From Podarcis liolepis (Eukaryota), in the NCBI GenBank assembly GCA_965112155.1, contig OZ218106.1: a stretch of DNA of 64,000 nucleotides, one strand, 5' to 3'. This document shows, in pieces, positions 24,138 through 37,503 of the stretch. Under the pieces are notes generated by a model, which worked only from the letters and a program-made list of their open reading frames with translations, had not been told where the DNA came from and did not search any database. Position numbers and translations under genes: made by a program. The stretch's first letter is position 1; every line of letters begins with the position of its first letter.

Positions 24138-26069
24138 TCCTTGGCGGAAATTTTAGTTACTTGGTTACCATCGCAGTTAGGAATGCAAGAAAGCTAGCTA
24201 GCTAACAAGGCCCGGTTCAGGTGGTGGTTTCTTCACCTGGTGCCAAGATAGCAATCAGACTTGGCAGTCCCCAAAACATTCCCATGAATTTCACACTGTT
24301 CACTTGTTCATAAATGAACACCAAGTTGGCTTTCCTCTGGCCCGCCTTCAGTTCTTTGTTAAATAGCTATGTGCAAGGTGGGCAATCATTTGAGGCATCT
24401 GGGATCTGCCACATAAGGACTATGGAAAACTTAATAAAATAGTGCAATCCTAAACATAGAAACTTATTTCCATTCATTAAATTGGCTCTTTCAAAGAAAA
24501 AGCTCTGGATAGCCTTTCCTGACCTGATGTCTCCCAGATGTTATTGGACTACAGCTCCCATCAGTTTTGACCATTGCTATGCTGGCCAAGAGTGATGGGA
24601 GCAGTGAAAGCCTGGCTTACGATCTTGGGCTCAATTCAACCCCAAGTTTTAAATGTGTGTTCTGAGTTTTTAGAAAGATAGTGATGAAGCTCATTTTTTT
24701 CCAATTCTGTTAGTGCTACATTTCCACTTGACTTTATAGGGGCTGTATCACACCCTATATTTCCAATAACATTTAGGTGAGCATCTGTTCAAACATTAAC
24801 CAGCCTATATTCACATATATTACCTTTTTCTTGTATTATTCTAGCTTAATTCTTACTTACGGAACTGAAACAGTAGTAGAAAATCATGTGAACCTACTGC
24901 TTAAATGTTTTTACTGCATAGCAGATGCAACTGTGTAGAAGTGTGGTCATCTCTAGCCTCTGGTCAGAGCACCAACTCCATACAGTTTATTGGGAATTTA
25001 AAGAAAATCATGATACTGCTAGGATTATTATGGGACTGAAGACTTCACATGTAGTTACATATACAAATGAGAGAAGCATTTGAGAAGCAACAGCTTGGTT
25101 TCAAGGCATGTGTTCCCACCCTCCAAAGCAATGGAATGTGAAACATGCAACACACCAAATATGTACGCTTCAGTGATTAATTTTGTCACATTCCATATCT
25201 AAAAGTCAATAAGCCAATCCAACCATTGCTTTGCCCATGCAGAAAAGTTATTCTGCATGCACAGACCCTCATCAGAAGCACAGCATAAGGGCAGAAAGGA
25301 CTTATCCAAAGGGCTGGCTTTTGTGACTGCATATTGGCAAACTGGGCAATAAGTATGGGTGCAGGTGCATATCATCCAAAATGCATGTGCCTACAGATGC
25401 ACATTTATATTGAAAGATTCAAGCACTACAATGCAATCCTCTTCCATTGTGTTACATTCACATAGGCTGGTAGGTACAGGGTGGAACTAGCTTGGATACT
25501 ATAAATTGGGGTGTGGAGTGAGGCTGGATGAAAATCTCCAGCACAAATATTCTATGTTCAATTTACCACTGGTAGTTGACCAAATATTTCCAAGAGAAAC
25601 TTTGACATTATGCAGAAAGTTTGGTTCCTCCTATAAAGCATGAGTAATTGCTTTACTCACCCTGATAATAGTCTATGCAAAAATATTTTTAGACACTGAT
25701 GAATTCATATGGCAATTTAGGATGTTCGCGGAATGGGTGAGGCTGTTTACCACGATGGACCAGCTGTCTCATCTAGCTTAGTTTGTATAAAGACTTACAT
25801 TATCACATTTGACCAACAATGTACATAGGACTGCATGGGAAAAGCCAGCCCAGAATTAAGGAACTCACCTAACCAAAAATGACTCTGTTATATAACATGA
25901 CATTTTCTCCATCTCAATTTTTTCCTGTTTGGATGTCATTTAATATTAGGAAGGTGTTGCTTCAAACACCTGTTATTTCATTTGTCTCATTTGTATTTAT
26001 GCACCAAATCATTCCTTCAGTTATACCAATGCAATGCTATTGCCATTGTTGATTTGCAAAGGCTTCATC

Positions 26070-26460
26070 TAGGGATGCTCGAAGATTTTGTTTGATCTGC
26101 ATCTCGTAGGTGAACCAACCTGATCCACATTTCCCAGATTAATAGATGGATTGGAACACAGTTCTCCTTTGGTTTTTGCACTTCTCTGAATTTTGTAGCA
26201 CAGTTATTGGCTCAAAATGCACATAAGATCAAAATGCATTAAAATGTGTGTATGCAAGGTTAAAATAGGCACAAAAATGTATAGTTTAGGTTAAAACACA
26301 CATTTTAAATTGCACATGTAGGAGAAAGCGCAAGCAGCATGCATCTTTTGTGAAACATATGGAGAAAAATAATGTGATTTATTATTATTTTTTTTAAAAA
26401 AGCAGATTGATTCAGAAAGTGGGCTGAATGGACTTTTGAATATCAAAATATATCCTCGGT
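26070..26460. mobile_element. Degraded hAT element related to 2451-2941
   Basis: Starts tagggatg; shares gcacttctctgaattttgtag and aaaatgcatt/aaaatgtg blocks. Right end approximate. Confidence 0.55.
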
Positions 26461-29400
26461 TGCCATCTTTCGTTAGCTCATTAAGACATTCGCAGGAAAA
26501 ATAGTGGTGTATTCTGGGATGACAGGAACTTCCAGCACTCAGTCTAAAACAAGAAAAATGTGTGTATTTTAAAGTTGCAAAAGGCCAGAAGGGTAGTAAG
26601 ACTATGTGGTCAAGGCTGCATGGGGGAGGGAGAGAAAGGATTGGGTAACAGCCTGGATACAGCAAGGAACTGCATAAGATATATGTGTTGATAGCTATTA
26701 GTGCTAAATTTATAGGCTGTTCTAGTTAGGCTGGTGCATCTGGATCATGCAACCCAAAATGTTTGCACAGGGATATTTGGAATGCTGTGTGTTATCTGAG
26801 AGTTGAAGCTCATCATCGAGTCTTGCAAGGGTGTTTTAGACAGCAACCCTTGCACTGACACCCCTACAAATATCCCTATCCCAATGGGTTGCTTGTATAA
26901 CCACAAAGGATTCTGCTTGCAGAAGAGAGGAATACATGCTGAAGACAGAAATAAAAGCTCTTCCCAGGCAGTGTGGGAGACAACGTCCACTAGTGCGGTC
27001 TGCTTGCACATTCCCAATAAGCAATCCAAGTACTGCCCAAGCATAAAGGGGAGCAACTCATCCTTAATGGATGGGAGATGGGGGAAAGAGTCTGTATACA
27101 CAAGAGGGCCAGGTTCCATTATTTATCTGAGGAATAATATTTATGCTCTGTGAACAGAGCTCAAAGTAGAAACCTGCCTCAGGTAGGAAGCTGTAGAGAG
27201 CAGTATACATTTATTTATTTTTTAAACCCTCATTCTCTCCCTGTTCTTTGTGTTCAGTGAGTGCTGTGCATGTTTCATAGAGTTTCTTGTTCTTTTCAGC
27301 AGAAAGAGTTTGCTTCTATAATTCTGACTCTCAGCAAGCATGGGCAGCACACAGCCTTTTTAACTGCCAGGCAGGTCTGCCTCCGCAAAAGTCTAGCTAG
27401 CCTGATTATCTGAAAATCGAATAATGTTACCAATACACCAGCTGCTGTTGCCTCCTGAGCCTCAGGATCTTTATAGCATCTGCTCTGCTAGGTACAAAAA
27501 AATTGCTCTTTTCCAGTTTTATATTCTACATCATTGCCTTCTGTTCAGCTTGCAAGCGCTATGCATCTTCTTCTTCCCCCGCCACCCCCATCAGTGTTTC
27601 CTCTTACCGAACCACGCTTTCTGAAATTGTGACCTTACAACATTTGAGAAAGGAAAGGGAGGGGTCATCCTGAGGGGGGAAAAGGCCAAGTCAGTCCAAC
27701 GGAAGAATAGGCAGGGTTATCAACTCTTTCTTAGCAGAGGTTTTACCCAGAATTCTGTTGCTCACCAAGGGGCCCTTACCATTCTGTTGGGGCTTCTGAT
27801 ATTAATTTTTGATCCATTCATAAAGTGGAAACAACGGGCCTGGCACTTTACAGAACAAATAAAAATAAAAAGATAGACCTCTTCCCTGAGTAGCTTACAA
27901 TCTAAAACTTGGCACAAGCGAATGCGACGGAGGGAGGAGACAAAAATGGAAGTGAAGCTAAAGTATATGCAATAAGGCTATTGGTGGCTTCTAGCTATGG
28001 TTACTGTGTTCCACTCAACTCCTACTGCTATTGCACTCAACTCCTGTTTGGGGGCTGCCCACTTGATTGGCCACTGTGAGGACAAAACTCTGGACTGGAT
28101 GAGTGTGTTTGCAGGCATTTCTTATACCCTTCTAGGACAAGAAAATCATAGGGCTCAGACTCATTCAGGCCAGAGGATGGGATGCAGAACCAACCAGTGA
28201 CAGAAACCAAGGGCTGAACTATAGGTAACATGGAGATAGGACCTGTGGCCAGGAACAAACTTTGGTAATACAGTGCCCTGAGCGAGAACACAATCTGGTG
28301 CCCTTCACCCTCCCATTCTGTGCATGGTCTCACGTGCACTACGTCACAGTTTTGTGCCCCCTTGGCTCAGTGCCCTGTGTAGGGGGGGAGCCTGCATCAC
28401 CCAAAATCCAGTACTGCGGTGGCCCTTCATGTCGTTCCCATCAGCCCCAGCCAGTTTGGCCAATGGGCAGGGATGATGGGAGTTGTAAAGCTACAATATC
28501 TGCTTCCTCATCCCTGAGTTACAGTCTTGTGCAGTGCTCTTGCCTCACTATCCTGCTTCCAGTCTCCCTGCCCTTCTTTGGATGCTGGAGTTGGAGTACC
28601 AGAAGTTATATCATATGAAATTCATGGCAGTTATCTAGCCAGATAAAGTGTCTTCTCCCCAGTCCTCTAGGGTGCTGTCTCAAGTGTCCATTTGGGCTAA
28701 TATTCTGCAAAATGAATAATTGGAGAAATTGCATTTTAATGTCCATTATTCCTTTATGCTTGATCACAGCATAGCAAATGATCTAATTTTGCCTTCAAGC
28801 ATTCACTTAGTAATTCATGTTCATTGGGTCCTGGTACTTCTTCCCTTTATGGAAAACCCTCTAATTTTTGCACACACCCTGAAACACCACCCCAACATAT
28901 ATGAAATTAGATTTTAGATACTGAACTCGACCTCCCTGCACTAAAAATAGCACTAGATGGATTTTCTGCGCTTCTCTTTTCCTTTGTGCACCATAGTCTA
29001 TGACCTACATAATTGGCTTTTCAATATTAGACACATCTACTTAAACGTAAGCTGAATTGAGTTTAATGGGGCTTATTCCCAGATAAATGGGCATAGGATT
29101 CCAGCCTAAATCTAAAAACACATCACAGCATTTCAAACCATTTTTAATATACATGTGAACAATATACAGCTCACTCCTAAACATGCTGATTTGGAAGGAA
29201 GCTCCACTGAGTTCCCTGGGACCTTTTCCCTATTATGGATGTGCTTGGGTACAGCCTTCATCTGCCTTTTATCTAATGCTTGTATATGAAAGGCATCAAA
29301 ATGGCAACAAAATTAATGTCACTGGTATATTGAGAACTGTAAACCACTCCTTACATATTTTTCTAATCTGGCATTTGATTACTCACTTGTAATCCACCTG

Positions 29401-29813
29401 GTTTCTTGTCCCTTTTGAGTAGTATGCAGTAAGCTTGCTTTTAGCAGACATGTAGAGCTTTGTGCTATAAGTCACACACAGCAGTTTATTGCCTGTGACT
29501 TTTTCACCTATTGTTTACTGTTAATCTAGAAAGATGGGTAAAGAAAGTGCACTGCAGTTTAAAAACTCTGTGACAAAGGCTCAAGTCACTTCCTAAGGCA
29601 CAAGGAAAAGAAAGAATCAGCTCCCAAAATAGAATAATTTTCAGGGGAACGGTCCAGCCAAATATATTGCCATATTTGATTTTTAAAAGCAGAGTTTGGT
29701 TTAAGCCTTATTTGAAAGGCAGTTTTGAAACCAAATTCTCTAATCTGAAGCATTATTCAGAGGAAAGAGGTAGGTACTTTGCACATGTATGTATTACTTC
29801 ATGTGTGCTAGAG

Positions 29814-29951
29814 CATGGAGGGGAACCTGTGACCCTTCAAATGTTATTGGACTCCAACTCCCATCATCTCCAGGCAGCAGGACTAATGGTCAGGAATGCT
29901 GAGAGTTGTAGGCCAACAAGATCTGGATTGGCCACAGTTACCCCACCCATG
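29814..29951. mobile_element. hAT (Charlie-like) palindromic MITE
   Basis: TSD tgctagag/ttctagag, termini catgg...ccatg, internal ggactccaactcccatc. Partial copies at about 24512-24605, 28408-28516, 33815-33940 and 44700-44788. Confidence 0.85.
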
Positions 29952-30436
29952 TTCTAGAGCTTGGCCTGTCAGGTTCTGAGGTTGAGCATTAGCAACCCTA
30001 GCTTCATATGAAGCCCTGCCAGCTGGTAATAAATATAAGCTGGCCTTTCCTTCACAGGTCTGTTTTTCAGTCCATCCAAATAATCAGCTGATTTCCTTGC
30101 ATCATTGTTGCAGTCTCCGAATTTACAGAATGACCTCACCAGCATTCAATTAGAGCATATGAAATAATGATGCCATTCACTTAGGGAATACTTTATGGTG
30201 CATTTATTCTGAGTTGGAAAATATTTCAGCCTAATGTATTGCTTGCTACCTTTTTAGAAAGAGTCCTGCGGCTGACATTTTAGAATGTAACTTATACAAC
30301 TGTTTTCCTTGATCGGCTGCCACAGAGCAATCCAAATGGCACTTCTAAAGGGATGAAAAATGTATTAGGTCCTGACTGTAAGTTCTATGAAGTTACTGTC
30401 CAAGGGTGCAATCCAAACTCCTTTGTAGCAGGCTGG

Positions 30437-30437
<1 letters not shown>

Positions 30438-30481
<44 letters not shown>
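30438..30481. repeat. (TG)22 microsatellite followed by G-runs
   Basis: Direct reading. Confidence 0.95.
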
Positions 30482-30484
<3 letters not shown>

Positions 30485-32141
30485 TGGCTGAGGAGGGGGG
30501 GACGGGGGACGGGGAATGACAATGATGACAGGGTAACTAAAAAGTGATGCCAGAGGCCTTTCATCAGTTCAGAAAACCTCTCCTACCCACCAATTTGTTG
30601 GGGAGGTGGAAATGTTTGCTAGCAGTGAGTTTTCCACTGTGAATGATAAGCAGAATGCCTTGAAATAAGGCATTGTGGGAGCAGGCAAAGGAGAGGCTGA
30701 GCATTCCCAGGATCCATTGGATCCTGAGTCCATCCCAGTGCCATCATGCGAGTTTGATCACTGGGGCTGCCAGGCTGGTGCAGCAATTTGCCTACCTCCA
30801 GAATGCACAGCAGGTGACTCCACTGCCCAGTTAAATCCTGCAGAGCAGCAGCCAGGGTTAGGATTCCACCCCACATTCACTTCTTTCACTATGGATCCAC
30901 ACCATCGACCAGTTAAATGTATGAGGGGCCTAAGACATTGATAAAAATGAAGGATGTAAGGAGTATGTATTATTAAATTCCATGCACTTTCTGTTCATCT
31001 AAAACACATTTGACCCCTATAGTCTCCACGGCTGCCAATCATTGCTGGTTCCCATGTGAACTACACTGTCTGAACCAATCTACAATCCTATAGGACATCA
31101 TAGTTAAGTACTCCTGTGTAGTTTACAGCACTATATCATTAATTCAAAAAACCTCCACCCAAAACTTACAGTATATGAACTTAACAGCATGTGCCGACAG
31201 AGGGGTATCATTGTTAACAGTGCAAAAAACATACATTACTATCTATCTTGTACATTACATCAGGCAGTCCACCTGTTCACGGAATTAACACAAGAACAGT
31301 GGAGATTCTATCAGTATGTCAACGGGAGCTGAAGTGAACTCTAAAGTCAGAAGAAGAAGAAAAGATTTGGCATAAATACAGCAATGTGGGGGTGGCCAGT
31401 CTCGCTTTTAGTGAACCAGGAACACAGAGTAATAATCTGACTTCTGTTTTCTGCTGTTGCAGACATGTTGGTACTGAACATGTGCTGGAGTATTGTGGTG
31501 CTTCAACCATAAGGAGACAACTCTGTGTTTTGCTAATCTCTGTGCCATGCTACAGATGGCACATAACCTGAAATTACCCTATAAAAATGTAAATCTTTGA
31601 TGGGTTTTTTTAAAAAAATGCAATGTTCACTTTATCTCCATTTGCTTTTTGGGGGGGAAGAGAGAGTAGAGAATGGCACTGACAAGGACACACCCTTCAA
31701 GTGACCTTGCCCTTCAAAGTGAGATGGTGGCGGATAAGTGGGCATTTTTAGGTGTGATATGACTTGCCTAAGGCATGCTTTCCCCAAGTAGTCTTGCCTG
31801 CTGCCTACTATGATAGGATTTCAGAACCAGGTAAAGACCTTTTAAATCACTTACTCCTATCCCCCTCAAGACCCCTTCCAACTCTACACTTCACTGTTTC
31901 TCTGATTCTATGTTATAGTACTGCTTTTAATCCACTCTGGGGTGTGTTTATCTGTTCTTCTGCTCCCTTTTTATTGTTGTTATTCTGACATTATTCTTAT
32001 ATCCTTCTTTCTTGTGAGCTGCCCTGGAAATATTTACATGGACTGGCCGGGTACCAATGTATCAAACACATAAATACAGTATTGATTGACAGGGACTGCA
32101 GAAAGTTGACAGGACTTGAATGCTAGTTATATCTGCTAGTT

Positions 32142-32481
32142 CAGGAATGAGGAACCTCAGACCTGAAGGCCAAATGTGTCTCTCCATGAACTTTTGCCAG
32201 GCCACACAGCTCACCAGGCCTTGCTTTTCCCCAGTCCACTCCATGCCATTCTCAAATTGGCATTTGTCTGGATGGAATGCTTCCTTGAAGTGTGATAACG
32301 CCTCTTGCTTGCCCAAATGAGGAAGTGTGTGGAGATGTCAGAAAACATTAACTTTGGGACGGGTGGAATATTGCCTAGTTTACAAAGGTAAGGTCTACAT
32401 CTATTGCTCCAACCACTTCAGCCTCCCACCCCTGTGCTAGGTAGCTGTCTGTTTCACTTAAGGTGAATGTGGAAGTTCCTG
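32142..32481. mobile_element. Degraded hAT/Charlie-like non-autonomous element
   Basis: Starts caggaatgaggaacctcagacctgaaggccaaatgtg and ends near ggaagttcctg; boundaries approximate. Confidence 0.5.
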
Positions 32482-32642
32482 AACAGGTAAAACATCTGAA
32501 GGAATTTCGAGATTAAATTCGAGTAGCAAACTTTTTTCAGTAGGGTTGCTCTCATTACATAAACCATGAAAAGTGAAGATCCACTGGCATCTATAGCAAG
32601 ACCTGAATCTCATTGGGTTTTCTCTTTAAAACAGTATTTTAG

Positions 32643-33182
32643 TGTTATGAATTTGTGGGTGCCAGACTCCTTAAATTCTTGGACCCAGGAGGTGTTAGAA
32701 TTTAATTAAGCTTGGGGTGCTAAGTTGTGTGCTGGACACTTCTAATTCCTTGGAATCAGCAAAGGATAAAAGCTAATTAAGCCAGGCTATTTTCCTTTTG
32801 AGGTTGAAGCCTAGGTTTTGGGTCATAAAGATAACAAAGGATCAAAAGGACTCAGTGTGGGATGGGAAAGGGGTGGGTCCCCTCTCACTCCACAAATAAA
32901 ATCAAAGCTTAGAGTAGGGAGAGTTAGGAGTTATGTGATTGAGATGCAAAGCATGATGGCTGATGTCTGTTTGAATCAAAGGCTGCGGCTATGGGAAAAG
33001 CAAGACTCTCTTGGGGAGACTATGCTGTCAACCCCTCTATCCGAAGCTCAGATGGTATATATGTGTAAATCATAAAGACACCTGAGTCTCCACTGTGTCT
33101 CATTTCCAAAAAGAAATACAGACCCTGGATGAATGCCTAGAACCCCTGGAACACCACTCAGAGATTGGGGTGGCGTACAACA
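32643..33182 (+). mobile_element. Probable solo LTR (ERV/Gypsy-type)
   Basis: TGTT...AACA termini, about 540 bp, TATA-like gataaaa and U5-like 3' end; no clean TSD. Confidence 0.6.
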
Positions 33183-33741
33183 GTACATTACAAGAATGGC
33201 TAAAAAAATTAAAATTTATTAGCAACATTTTTCAGGTAGGGCTTGTCTATTTCTTATCATGCATGCCATTTTGTGTAGTCATAAATATTATGCTATATGC
33301 TTTTACTTTTTACTCCATGAACATCACAGGTATCACCTCTGGAAGCTACATTTCTTTGAATGTTAAACAACAAGAACCTGTATAGTTCCAAAACCAGAAA
33401 TTCAAATGGGTTTGAAATTTTTTAAGAACTTCCACAATATTTCTGCACTGTGACTATCATTTTACTTTGTAATCCAGCCTCATAAGAAAATACAAATGCA
33501 TCTGATAATTGCCTCTTCTTTTAAATTCATAGGCTAATTCCCAACAGTTTGTTGGAACCTGAAGTTTAAAACAAGCACCGCTGTCCTCAGCAATGCTCAA
33601 TATTTGCAGCTGAGTAAAGGCTGGAGTCAGTACTAAACTAGTACAAACTGTATGTGGATGAACTAGCCTATTTTGCTATTGTTATCCAGAACTGTGCATG
33701 CTATGTAACAAGCAGCAGTTTAATTAGGGTGCAGCAGCAAC

Positions 33742-33794
<53 letters not shown>
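33742..33794. repeat. (TAT)n microsatellite
   Basis: Direct reading. Confidence 0.95.
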
Positions 33795-33796
<2 letters not shown>

Positions 33797-34579
33797 CCAC
33801 CCTTCACCTAGAAGTCCCTGTGACCCTACCAGTGTTGTTGGACTACAACTCCCACCATCCCCGGTCATTATTCACGCTGGCTGGCACTGATGGGAGTTGG
33901 AGTCCGACAACATTGGGCAGGTCAAAGGTTAGCCACCCCACCTTACATGACTATTGATAAGCTTCTTTATCTCATGCTCAATTCATTATCTGCCCTTTAT
34001 AAATGTTAAGTATTTTTAAAATAAGAACTTGGTAGCTATCAAGTTGCTAAAAATTGTGGGACTTCTTGTACAAATCAAACTAGTAAGCACTAATATATAG
34101 ACTGGTGCCACATGTCTTGTCTATGAAGACAACTGTGCCTTTCATGAAAGTATGTTTTGCAGCATTCCTCTGCGTGGAGCTGGAATATAGCCTGATGGTG
34201 AAAGCAAATGATCTGCTGCAAAAGTGTATGCAACAATAAAGAGACACCAAATAGCTCAGCCTCTGAGCCTATTCTTGAGCTCCTGGTACAAATCCTAAGA
34301 AAGGGCAAGATATCTCAAGCTATACGGAATGCAAGAGTTAGATGGGATAACTCTCCTTCTGTAAATCAACACAGACCCGTCAAGGAAGGACATACAAATT
34401 GAATCATAAAGTGAGGGCACTGTGATATGACAAGCAAATAAGTCTGCTGCTCTCTCTGCCTTGTAGATTAATCCCAGGAGAGAAAAGGGCCAAGGGAGTT
34501 TACCTTAGCCTTCATTTTTCCTGGGGATTAAACCTACAAGGCAGAGAGGACTACACACAAATTTGCTTATTGCTATGTT

Positions 34580-34704
34580 CAGAGCTTTTCTCCAGCCAGA
34601 ACTCACCAGTACACAGTTCCGGCACCTATTTCCCATTCTAAGAGAATGAGGGGAGTGTTCATGGTGAGTTCCAGCAACTCTTTCTCTAGAAAAAAATAGC
34701 ACTG
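34580..34704. mobile_element. hAT MITE
   Basis: Termini cagagctttt / aatagcactg; TSD gctatgtt / gcttatgtt. Confidence 0.75.
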
Positions 34705-34722
34705 GCTTATGTTGCTTATTGC

Positions 34723-34861
34723 CAGTGCTTTTTTTCAGGGGATACTCAAGGGTATCCTGTACTGGCCATTTTTCTTTTCGTTTTTTGGTTTAAAGGTGAA
34801 ACTTACTGTAACAACTTCATGGTGAGTCCCAGCACCTATTTTTATAGGGGAGAAAACACTG
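34723..34861. mobile_element. hAT MITE
   Basis: Termini cagtgctttt / aaaacactg; TSD cttattgc / cttgttgc. Confidence 0.8.
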
Positions 34862-34898
34862 CTTGTTGCTAATGGCGCTCTGGAGCGACCCACCTGAC

Positions 34899-35052
34899 TA
34901 GGGTTGCCATACGTCCAGAATTTCCCAGATATATCTTTAATATTGCTATTGGAAGCAGTGTCTGGGAGGAAATCGGGAAAATGTCCAGGAAAATCCGGAC
35001 ATATGGCAACTCATGTTGGCAGTGTCATTTCCCCTTAAAAATAGCTCAAAAA
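34899..35052. mobile_element. hAT MITE (tagggttgcca family) lacking its right terminus
   Basis: Perfect 8-bp TSD cacctgac (34891-34898 and 35053-35060); internal inverted repeat gttgccatacgtcc / ggacatatggcaac. Confidence 0.8.
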
Positions 35053-36443
35053 CACCTGACTCACACCAGAGTGAGGACATTCCGGGATTCAGTCAGAACT
35101 CAGAATTGACTTCTGTAATTCCAGGATCTCCCACTTAAAACAGGGCAGTTGAATGGTATGGAATGAGCAAAACAACAATGCACAGGTATATTCATATTTT
35201 TTTAGGTTTTTAATAAAACATTACCTGATCTCTTTACCGTCACCTGTTCACTTTGATATGTGATTATTTGTACACAGCACAAAGTGGCCATCACATTTTT
35301 TTTGTTTATTTAGAGTAATCTCTCTGGAAAATTGAAAGGATGTAAACAGCACTGTGTTATGTGGAAATTACTGGGGTATTCACTTCAAACTTAGATCTAC
35401 CAGAAGTTTAAATATTAATAAAGACTTTCTGCTGTGTTTTATATGCAGCAAAAGAAAGAGGAAGTGCTAAAATCAATGGGCAATCTATAATATATGGCTT
35501 GGGAAAATCCCCGCTGGAGCAGCATAATATATATTTATTGAGCAGTGCATGCACTTTTTAACTGTGAAATTCCCACTGATGTCCATGGGACCCAGGCCAA
35601 AATAATCCCACATTATGAAAAATGAGGCTCAACTAAGCCAATGACTGAGGAACGCCTGTGACCATTTTTCACTGAGGTCCATCTAATAAAGTTCCACTGC
35701 ATATCACAAGAAAAATAATTCATTTCCTCTCCCAGCTGGGTGTTTTTAATATTTCAAAGCCCCATATTCAATGAGTTAAGTAAAAAGTGCATTCTCAATG
35801 ATTTCAACTGCAGAGACCAAGAAACTGCAGCTACACTGGAAGGAAACCAGTGCTGGTGAGCATCTTGTATATATGTGCATGTTTGTGTGTGTGTGTTTGT
35901 TGTAAATATGTGGGTTATGCGTATACAGCTCAGGAGTGTAATAGGTTATATTTTAACAAGGCAGCTGGGAGTGGAAAACTTGCCCATTATCTGAAGCAAG
36001 TGGGTCCCTGCTGTATAAAAGTCAAATTGGTAGGTTTGGTGACAGGGTTGCTAATGTCACACATTAAATTGGCTCGATGTCAGCTCAGTCTCAGAATTTT
36101 GTTTCTTCAGTGTCAGATACTAAGGCTTGGAAGTACTGTAGTACCCATTTACTGAGTACTCTGATTTATTTTCTTTCTCCTTGACTCGTTCCTCTTCTTT
36201 ATTATTATTATTATTATCATCAAACATGCACAATACAAAAACTATAAGTGAAATCTATGAAATCAGCACGTTGTAGTTACCGCCACCTACACCATCTTTA
36301 GTATTCTATGGGCATCAATTTTTAAAATCCTGTTTTGATTATTCATTGAACAAACATTGTAAGGTGTCGTATTACCAGTAGCAGAACCTTCAGTTTCTAA
36401 TTGTCTTTTACTTTACCATTTTACTCATAGAATACTTCTCTAT

Positions 36444-36831
36444 GGGCTAATCCACATTTGCCCCATGATTTCTAGGCATGGTCCAAGTTCTTCTTTTTTC
36501 CTTCCAGTTTCCTCAGGAAAACTCACTGTTTCCTGCTAAACCAGAACAAAAACATCAATCTGCAGAAAACCCAGCTGAAGGCTCATTCACATGTTCACTT
36601 GTCCCATTCCCAGAAAGCACAGGTCCAAGTGGTTTTACCTTTGCCTTGTCGCTTTCCCCCAGAAAACCAACTTTTCAGTGCTAGATAACAGCTATCTGCA
36701 GAAAATCCGAATACTGTTTGTTCTGATTTGGCGCTAAAGATCAGATTTCCCCAGAGGAAAGCAGAGGGGCAAACGGAGGTTTGAATAAGCCCTGACATTT
36801 GTTTCCATTCAGCAGAAGTTTGGGTGAACCC
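36444..36831. mobile_element. Harbinger-like MITE containing a nested MITE of the same family (36579-36792)
   Basis: Outer: gggctaatccaca...gggtgaaccc with TAT TSD. Inner: aggctcattca...tgaataagccc with TGA TSD. Both share ggtccaagt and tctgcagaaaa. Confidence 0.75.
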
Positions 36832-37503
36832 TATATTTTTCTATGAATGATCAACAGTCTATGGCCTTTAAAATGTGTTTGTGGAAGTGGGGTTCTTGGT
36901 TTGCTTTTCCTTTCGTTTTATTGTGTATTTTCTGTTCTCATTTTGTATCTTTTTGGGTTGTGAACCACTCTGCAGACTTTTTACCTGGGAGATAGTTCAT
37001 TACCCCAGCTCAGTACAAAAGGTTTGTGTGCAGAAACAGGCCCACAATGACACGGCATTAAAAAGCTCTCATGACTATAAAGTATGGAGCAGTGGAGTCC
37101 GCAATGCTGAGTCTACTGGCATGCAAACTGCCTTATTCAGTGGATGACCCATATCAATCAGTCACAGGAAGGTTTTTTAAAAAAATAATACACTACTAAA
37201 TGATCAGATGGCTCTGGCTCCTTCAAAACAGTCTCAATGGATAGATATGTAAAGTGGAAATATGCATCACCAGCATCTGTGCAATCCAATAACTCTCTGA
37301 TGACTAATAGCCTACAATCGGAAGCTGGCTGGCAATGAGGAAAATCTGTAGGAGTCACAGAAGGGTTCTTTTCTCGTTTATGAATGAGCAAGACATAATT
37401 ATCCCTTATATTTACTACATCTCTGACACAACCTCCTGGTGAATAGAGAGGTCAGAACCAGGTATAGATTATTTTAAGACGGACAGACCAGCCTAAGTAA
37501 TGT

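Noticed and set aside
26745-27153. Overlapping 116-124-aa ORFs on both strands
   Set aside because: No recognisable domain or splice structure
33654-33890. Poly-Leu ORF resembling a signal peptide
   Set aside because: Translation of a (TAT)n microsatellite plus a MITE
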